Source of the DNA: a virus
Taxonomy: Duplodnaviria; Heunggongvirae; Uroviricota; Caudoviricetes
Reading direction: 5' to 3' (one strand)
DNA length: 45,749 nucleotides
IMG/VR virus record: IMGVR_UViG_2534681762_000010
A program made the translations under genes and the position numbers. Below, piece by piece: positions 40,360-45,749 of this stretch. A model generated the notes under the pieces. That model saw nothing but the letters and a program-made list of their open reading frames with translations. It was not told the origin of the DNA and made no database searches. How positions within the stretch are numbered: the first letter of the stretch is position 1; each line of letters begins with the position of its first letter.

Positions 40360-41337
40360 TTACCCCCTGAAGCCCGGCGGAATTTCAGTGTCCGGTTCAG
40401 AAATGTGATTCACGCAACGCTGCGCAGGCGAACGCCCCAGGCGGATAACCAGTTCATCCCATTTTTCCCGGAGTTTTGCCGGACTCATGATGTTTTTTAC
40501 CCAGAACGAATCCCGCTGGAGACGCCCAAACATTTCACAAATTTGTCTGTGAGTTCTGCCATCCAGCATCCGCATTGTGCGAACGTCATTGGCCCATGCT
40601 GTCCAGTTGGGTTCTTTCGGTCTAGTGATCTCGCCATCATCGCTGGCCGCCTGCTCGTAAAGACTCACGATTCGTCCCCAGATCCACTGTGCGCACACCA
40701 AATCTTCCTGACTTCCCCACTGGCGTTTTTTCGCACTGAACACAACCGCGTCAGGGTGTCGGGTTAAAAAATCCTGTTCAGCCGTCTGCGGGTCCGGTTG
40801 CGAAGCGTCCGGACAAGAAGATCTTTTATCTGACGGATCAGGTTTTAATACTGACGGATCGGGGTCAATCATCGCCCCCCTAATCGGCAGTTTTTTATCA
40901 ACAGTTGATCCATCAAAATTTGACGGGTCAACCGTTGAGGGGTCAATATTTGACGGGTCAACTGTTAACGGGTCATTTTTTGCCGGGCTAATTTTTCTTT
41001 TCGGTTTATATGACTCACGCGCCGCCGCCGCAGCTGCTTCGAGTTTTTCCACATTAAGCCGATAGATATTGCTTACATTACGCCCACCGACCTTACGCTC
41101 TTCCTTCGTCAGCCAGCCCTCTTTCGCCAGTTCTGCAATAGCCGATTTCACTGTGGATTCACTTCTTGCACCGATCTGACGCCGGATAGTTTCAATGGCA
41201 GGCCATGACACGCCCTCGTCATTGCTGTAGTCTGCAAGACGGGCCATAACCGCCACCCTGGATAAGATCATGCCGGTGAAGGCGCACCCTTCCCAGACAA
41301 GACCATGAAGCTTGCTGCTCATAAAACCCCCGAACAC
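40360..41337 (-). CDS. replication initiator (lambda O-like) with iteron-encoded linker
   Basis: N-terminal winged-helix-like domain, repeated DPSTVDPSN linker encoded by DNA iterons, C-terminal domain. Confidence 0.7.
   Translation of the reverse strand: MFGGFMSSKLHGLVWEGCAFTGMILSRVAVMARLADYSNDEGVSWPAIETIRRQIGARSESTVKSAIAELAKEGWLTKEERKVGGRNVSNIYRLNVEKLEAAAAAARESYKPKRKISPAKNDPLTVDPSNIDPSTVDPSNFDGSTVDKKLPIRGAMIDPDPSVLKPDPSDKRSSCPDASQPDPQTAEQDFLTRHPDAVVFSAKKRQWGSQEDLVCAQWIWGRIVSLYEQAASDDGEITRPKEPNWTAWANDVRTMRMLDGRTHRQICEMFGRLQRDSFWVKNIMSPAKLREKWDELVIRLGRSPAQRCVNHISEPDTEIPPGFRG
40921..40995 (-). repeat. origin iterons: four to five tandem 15-bp repeats TGACGGGTCAAYYGT inside the initiator gene
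   Basis: tgacgggtcaaccgt / tgaggggtcaatatt / tgacgggtcaactgt / taacgggtcattttt / tgccgggctaatttt; further copies at 40831 and 40852. Confidence 0.6.
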
Positions 41338-41344
41338 CGTGCTT

Positions 41345-41770
41345 TTAGTGCATCACCACAGCATTCCCTGCCGGGCCGCCGCGATTCATCTGGTCATACA
41401 AAACAACCGCTGACGCAACAAAATCATCGACATCCTTCACCAGCCGATCCCTCCGTTCGACGATCTCACGGTAATATTCAGAACTGTGGCTGCGCATACG
41501 GGCCACCAGCAAAGGCGGCATCGCCTTTTCGATCGCCGGTAACAGAGCCTGCATTTTTTCAACAGCATCAGGGGTGTCTTTATCCAGCCAACGGAAAATT
41601 TTCTGGGTATTACGGGCCAGGGCTTCCGGATGGCTGTCGTCGTACAGTTCAGGGAACGTCATCCCCAGTTCGAAATAAGTCCGGGCTATTTCAGCTGCAG
41701 GAACTTTCTCACCATCAGGGTATGCCCAGGCATTCATCGCCATGCGGATGTGCTCATGTTTGATTTTCAT
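41345..41770 (-). CDS. YdaT-like protein (Rac-type early-right gene)
   Basis: 141 aa, MKIKHEHIRMAMNAW...; occupies the cII position after the Cro-like gene. Confidence 0.55.
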   Translation of the reverse strand: MKIKHEHIRMAMNAWAYPDGEKVPAAEIARTYFELGMTFPELYDDSHPEALARNTQKIFRWLDKDTPDAVEKMQALLPAIEKAMPPLLVARMRSHSSEYYREIVERRDRLVKDVDDFVASAVVLYDQMNRGGPAGNAVVMH

Positions 41771-42077
41771 GAATCATTTGCCTCTTGATGCTTCGGGTAT
41801 GATCGTTTTCGTCATTTGGTTGCTTCATCGACATATTCTGCGAATAACATGACGAGCGTCGTAAGTATGTCCAATCAACATCAGGACGAAGTTCTTCACA
41901 CAGGACACCACCTTTTGTTGCTCGTTCAATCGCAGGACATCTCTCAGCAGGTAACTGACGTACACCTTTGATCCATTGATTTACGCTTGGAGGAGATACA
42001 CCTAAAAGCCTAGCCATTGCTGATTGCCCACCGACAACAGCACAAGCTCGTTTGAATGAATAGTTATCTTTTTTCAT
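41754..42077 (-). CDS. Cro-like HTH regulator (YdaS-like)
   Basis: HTH AMARLLGVSPPSVNQW; ATG 42077 with GGAG SD; divergent from repressor gene. Confidence 0.65.
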   Translation of the reverse strand: MKKDNYSFKRACAVVGGQSAMARLLGVSPPSVNQWIKGVRQLPAERCPAIERATKGGVLCEELRPDVDWTYLRRSSCYSQNMSMKQPNDENDHTRSIKRQMIHENQT

Positions 42078-42104
42078 CGAATGAACTCCAAAAAACACGC
42101 AACA

Positions 42105-42173
42105 ATATTAGGCTTAGCCTAATGAAATTGTCAATAGGCTATGCCTAATACATCGAGAGTAGGGATTGCCTAA
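42105..42173 (+). promoter_or_regulatory. right operator/promoter region: three dyad operators plus pR
   Basis: TTAGGCTTAGCCTAA (42108-42122), ATAGGCTATGCCTAA (42134-42148), GTAGGGATTGCCTAA (42159-42173), centres about 25 bp apart; minus-strand TTGACA (42129-42134) - 18 bp - TAATAT (42105-42110). Confidence 0.6.
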
Positions 42174-42201
42174 CGCGATGCGCATAGGAGACTATTAAGC
42201 A

Positions 42202-42678
42202 ATGCTTAGTGGTAAAGACTTAGGCCGAGCGATAGAGCAGGCCATTAACAAAAAAATTGCATCAGGAGCCGTCAAATCAAAGGCGGAAATCGCACGTCAT
42301 TTCAAAGTCCAACCACCATCAATCCATGACTGGATTAAGAAAGGTTCGATAAGTAAAGACAAACTTCCAGAACTATGGCGTTTCTTTTCTGATGTGGTTG
42401 GTCCAGAGCATTGGGGGCTTAACGAATACCCCATACCAACCCCATCCACTTCAGATACAAAAAGTGAACTTTTAGACATAAACAGCCTTTATCAAGCCGC
42501 CTCTGATGAAAAAAGAGCAATTGTGGCTTTCATCTTATCTGGAAATGCTACGGAGCCTAGTTGGGTTGATCATGACGTTCGCGCCTACATTGCCGCAATG
42601 GAAATGAAGGTAGCTAACTATCTGAAAAATCAAGAATCAAAACGGAAAAGCCAGAACATCACCAAGACAGGAACTTAA
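42202..42678 (+). CDS. prophage repressor (XRE-family HTH, RacR-like)
   Basis: 158 aa, HTH KAEIARHFKVQPPSIHDWIKKG; flanked by operator clusters on both sides; AGGAG SD. Confidence 0.75.
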   Translation: MLSGKDLGRAIEQAINKKIASGAVKSKAEIARHFKVQPPSIHDWIKKGSISKDKLPELWRFFSDVVGPEHWGLNEYPIPTPSTSDTKSELLDINSLYQAASDEKRAIVAFILSGNATEPSWVDHDVRAYIAAMEMKVANYLKNQESKRKSQNITKTGT

Positions 42679-42771
42679 ACTTATATGGCCCGACGGGAAA
42701 TTCCTAGTTCCCGTTAGTTAACTCCTACTACCTCTCCCACAAACCATCACCTATTAGGTTGCGCCCAAATT

Positions 42772-42815
42772 ATTAGGAATAGCCTATTGACAAGTAATTA
42801 GGCATTTCCTATAGT
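42772..42815 (+). promoter_or_regulatory. pL-like early-left promoter with overlapping operators
   Basis: TTGACA (42787-42792) - 17 bp - TATAGT (42810-42815); operator-like TTAGGAATAGCCTA and TTAGGCATTTCCTA overlap it. Confidence 0.6.
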
Positions 42816-42996
42816 TTTCCCATACCAACCCATCCCGTCCCACACAATACAGGGCAATACCTCGAGTTACCAGGCAGTGGTCAGGGGTTAAGTAGCCAGC
42901 CCGAGGCGTAAGAACATGACGGCAGGGTTCAACTTTAATAACTATGCAGCAGGTTTTTGTTCCGCTACCCCGGCGTTAAGGGGAAATGAGGTCAGC

Positions 42997-43149
42997 ATGG
43001 ATACTATCGAGCTTGGCAACAACGAATCTCTGGTATGCGGCGTGTTTCCCAACCAGGACGGCACGTTTACCGCGATGACATATACCAGAAGCAAAACGTT
43101 TAAAACTGAAGCTGGCGCGCGTCGCTGGTTAACCAGAAACACTGACTGA
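42997..43149 (+). CDS. YdfA/YdaG-family small protein
   Basis: MDTIELGNNESLVCGVFPNQDGTFTAMTYTRSKTFKTEAGARRWLTRNTD; GAGG SD; first gene of early-left operon. Confidence 0.5.
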   Translation: MDTIELGNNESLVCGVFPNQDGTFTAMTYTRSKTFKTEAGARRWLTRNTD

Positions 43150-43160
43150 TGAGGTTGACG

Positions 43161-43481
43161 ATGGAATTTAAAGATTTACCAGTACCATTCCAGGAAATGG
43201 CATCGAATGTGGTTCGCTCTCAACTGGCGACTCTTGACCTGAGTACCGTAGAAAAAGAAACCATCGACAATATATCCGGTAACGTACGCCGAGCCTTTAT
43301 CGGGCTGTACGAAGAGAAGCAGCTCTCTGATAACCAGGATTTACATGAAAAATACTTCCTGGATCTAATGGACATCATTGATAAGGGGTTTGGCTTGTTA
43401 ATGAAAAAGAAAGGGATTCGAATAGAACCCCTTGAAAATTACTTTGCAACAAAAAGCATTAATTCTTTTGATTCAAAATAA
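43161..43481 (+). CDS. hypothetical acidic protein (AT-rich gene)
   Basis: 106 aa from ATG 43161 with GAGG SD. Confidence 0.4.
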   Translation: MEFKDLPVPFQEMASNVVRSQLATLDLSTVEKETIDNISGNVRRAFIGLYEEKQLSDNQDLHEKYFLDLMDIIDKGFGLLMKKKGIRIEPLENYFATKSINSFDSK

Positions 43482-43734
43482 GAGAATTAATTACAGACTT
43501 AACATGCTCTTTCTCATGATTGAAGCTCTCATGATTGAAAGTGCCGGGTTGAAGCGAGTCGATATAATCAACAAGACTCTGTCGTACGACTTCATTTTTA
43601 TCCATAACAGATGCAAGAAATGAAATTGCTAAAAGAGTTATATCACTACGCGCCGCAGCATGTTGCAATGCTTTATCAAAATTATTAATCTGGCGTATCA
43701 GGGAGTTAATGATTTCATCATTTTCAGTCGACAT
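43459..43734 (-). CDS. hypothetical protein, convergent with and overlapping the preceding gene
   Basis: 91 aa from ATG 43734 with strong AGGAGGG SD; AT-rich. Confidence 0.45.
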   Translation of the reverse strand: MSTENDEIINSLIRQINNFDKALQHAAARSDITLLAISFLASVMDKNEVVRQSLVDYIDSLQPGTFNHESFNHEKEHVKSVINSLILNQKN

Positions 43735-44069
43735 TTCACCCTCCTGAGGGTTGGTGATTAAGGAGTTCTCCACGGGTGAGGTGGAGTGCGTGCGCCGGAC
43801 ACGGGTGAGCATCCGGCACTGACAGTTTACTGAAAGGATATTTCCCTGAAAAGTCAGACCATAACGCGAAAGCGCACGGCGAGGTAGCTGGTTCATAGAT
43901 AGCCTGTCGTTAAATTTTCGTCGACCGTGCGCTTCCGGTTGTGGCAATCCGCGAAATGGCGCGGCGGTAAGTATGGCGGGGTTATTCCTTCCCCCGTTGA
44001 GGACACCGGGTTGTCAGGTTGACCATACGCTTAAGTGACAACCCCGCTGCAACGCCCTCTGTTATCAAT

Positions 44070-44122
44070 TTTCTGGTGACGTTTGGCGGTATCAGTTTTA
44101 CTCCGTGACTGCTCTGCCGCCC
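44070..44122 (+). ncRNA. dicF: DicF small RNA (ftsZ translation inhibitor)
   Basis: TTTCTGGTGACGTTTGGCGGTATCAGTTTTACTCCGTGACTGCTCTGCCGCCC followed by TTTTT, matching the 53-nt DicF sequence as I recall it; located just upstream of dicB as in Qin. Confidence 0.7.
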
Positions 44123-44296
44123 TTTTTAAAGTGAATTTTGTGATGTGGTGAATGCGGCTGAGCGCACACGGAACAGTTAAAACCAAAAACAGTGTTATGG
44201 GTGGATTCTCTGTATCCGGCGTTAATTGTTAACTGGTTAACGTCACCTGGAGGCACCAGGCACCGCATCACAAAATTCATTGTTGAGGACGCGATA

Positions 44297-44485
44297 ATGG
44301 AAACGTTATTACCAAACGTTAATACGTCTGAAGGTTGTTTTGAAATTGGTGTCAATATCAGTAACCCTGTATTTACTGAAGATGCCATTAACAAGAGAAA
44401 ACACGAACGGGAGCTATTAAATAAAATATGCATTCTTTCAATGCTGGCCCGTTTACGTCCGATACAAAAAGGATGCTGGCAATGA
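44297..44485 (+). CDS. dicB: DicB-like cell-division inhibitor
   Basis: 62 aa METLLPNVNTSEGCFEIGVNISNPVFTEDAINKRKHERELLNKICILSMLARLRPIQKGCWQ; GAGGA SD. Confidence 0.7.
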   Translation: METLLPNVNTSEGCFEIGVNISNPVFTEDAINKRKHERELLNKICILSMLARLRPIQKGCWQ

Positions 44486-44673
44486 ATACAGCATTTGCAC
44501 TTGTTCTGACAGTTTTTCTTGTTTCCGGAGAGCCAGTTGATATTGCAGTCAGTGTTCACAGGACAATGCAGGAGTGTGTGACTGCAGCAACCGAACAGAA
44601 AATTCCCGGTAACTGTTACCCGGTCGATAAAGTTATTCACCAGGATAATAACGAAATCCCGGCAGGTCTTTAA
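44482..44673 (+). CDS. ydfD: YdfD-like small secreted/membrane lysis protein
   Basis: 63 aa MNTAFALVLTVFLVSGEPVD...; AAGGA SD; directly follows dicB as in Qin. Confidence 0.6.
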   Translation: MNTAFALVLTVFLVSGEPVDIAVSVHRTMQECVTAATEQKIPGNCYPVDKVIHQDNNEIPAGL

Positions 44674-44765
44674 AACAGTTCCGTAATAAATATCCGGTTT
44701 CATTCTTATATGCCAGCAATGGCAGGGATTTGCTCACCCTTAAATCTGTAATGAGGTAAAACAAA

Positions 44766-45749
44766 ATGAGTAAAGTCTTTATTTGCGCCGCCATTCCGGA
44801 CGAACAGGCAATAAAGGAAGAAGGTGCCGTCGCTGTAGCCACTGCCATTGAAGCCGGTGATGAACGTCGCGCCCGCGCAAAATTTCACTGGCAATTCCTG
44901 GAGCATTATCCGGCTGCTCAGGACTGCGCTTATAAATTTCTTGTCTGCGAGGATAAACCCGGTATACCCCGCCCTGCCCTCGATTCCTGGGATGCTGAAT
45001 ATATGCAGGAAAATCGCTGGGATGAGGAGTCTGCTTCCTTTGTCCCGGTTGAGACTGAATCCGATCCGATGAACGTCACTTTTGACAAGCTGGCCCCTGA
45101 AGTACAGAACGCTGTCATGGTTAAGTTCGACACATGTGAAAACATCACCGTTGATATGGTTATTAGCGCACAGGAATTGTTGCAGGAAGACATGGCAACA
45201 TTCGACGGACATATCGTTGAAGCGTTGATGAAAATGCCAGAAGTTAACGCCATGTATCCGGAGCTTAAGCTGCATGCCATCGGGTGGGTTAAGCATAAAT
45301 GTAAGCCTGGTGCCAAATGGCCCGAAATTCAGGCAGAGATGCGCATCTGGAAAAAACGTCGCGAAGGTGAACGCAAGGAAACCGGAAAATACACGTCTGT
45401 TGTTGATCTCGCCCGCGCCAGAACCAATCAACAGCACAGTGAAAATTCAACAGGAAAAATCAGCCCGGTCATTGCTGCCATTCATCGCGAATACAAGCAG
45501 ACATGGAAAACACTGGATGACGAACTGGCCTACGCTCTCTGGCCTGGTGATGTGGATGCCGGAAACATTGACGGCAGCATCCATCGCTGGGCAAAAAATG
45601 AAGTTATCGACAACGACCGCGAAGACTGGAAGCGTATCTCGGCATCAATGCGCAAACAGCCTGATGCCCTTCGCTACGACCGCCAGACTATTTTTGGCCT
45701 TGTCCGTGAACGTCCGATCGACATTCACAAAGACCCTGTGGCACTGAAC
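44766..45749 (+). CDS. large early-left-operon protein, 5' part only (runs off window end); YdfE-like by position
   Basis: ATG 44766 with GAGG SD 9 nt upstream; 328 codons without stop to the window end; absent from the supplied ORF track but verified codon by codon. Confidence 0.6.
   Translation, partial: MSKVFICAAIPDEQAIKEEGAVAVATAIEAGDERRARAKFHWQFLEHYPAAQDCAYKFLVCEDKPGIPRPALDSWDAEYMQENRWDEESASFVPVETESDPMNVTFDKLAPEVQNAVMVKFDTCENITVDMVISAQELLQEDMATFDGHIVEALMKMPEVNAMYPELKLHAIGWVKHKCKPGAKWPEIQAEMRIWKKRREGERKETGKYTSVVDLARARTNQQHSENSTGKISPVIAAIHREYKQTWKTLDDELAYALWPGDVDAGNIDGSIHRWAKNEVIDNDREDWKRISASMRKQPDALRYDRQTIFGLVRERPIDIHKDPVALN

Noticed and set aside
44098-44703. 201-aa minus-strand ORF
   Set aside because: Overlaps the DicF sRNA and the well-supported dicB/ydfD genes on the opposite strand
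44766-45749. Identification of the long ORF as RecE exonuclease
   Set aside because: N-terminus does not match what I recall of RecE, and the gene follows dicB/ydfD, where Qin has ydfE; left as unassigned

Overview
This window is an Escherichia coli chromosomal segment: the 3' part of the host transporter gene ydfJ (1-1284, minus strand, N-terminally truncated) followed by about 44 kb of a mosaic lambdoid prophage at the Qin (ydfJ) locus. All calls rest on reading the translations and DNA by eye; no database search was run. From left to right the prophage contains: ydfK, an orphan Pin invertase, a lambda-type tail module (stf, lom, J, I, K, L, M, H, G/T, V, U, Z), an HK97/Gifsy-type head module with a fused protease-capsid gene, Nu1/A-like terminase and a probable cos site, a lysis cassette (S21-type holin, lysozyme, Rz/Rz1), two tRNA genes downstream of antiterminator Q, nin-region genes (rusA, DUF968), hokD, an O-like initiator with embedded ori iterons, a repressor/Cro-like immunity region with operator triplets, and a dicF-dicB-ydfD module. 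An IS66-family element with an 8-bp target duplication interrupts the tail terminator gene U, so the prophage is probably tail-defective. The most interesting cargo is (i) a promoter/terminator-bounded pair of outer-membrane lipoproteins whose C-terminal domain closely resembles TolA domain III, sitting where Stx phages carry stx, and (ii) a low-GC island with hokD and an orphan 341-aa protein of unknown function. The supplied ORF track uses alternative start codons and misses the DicF sRNA, the tRNAs and a long open frame at 44766-45749.
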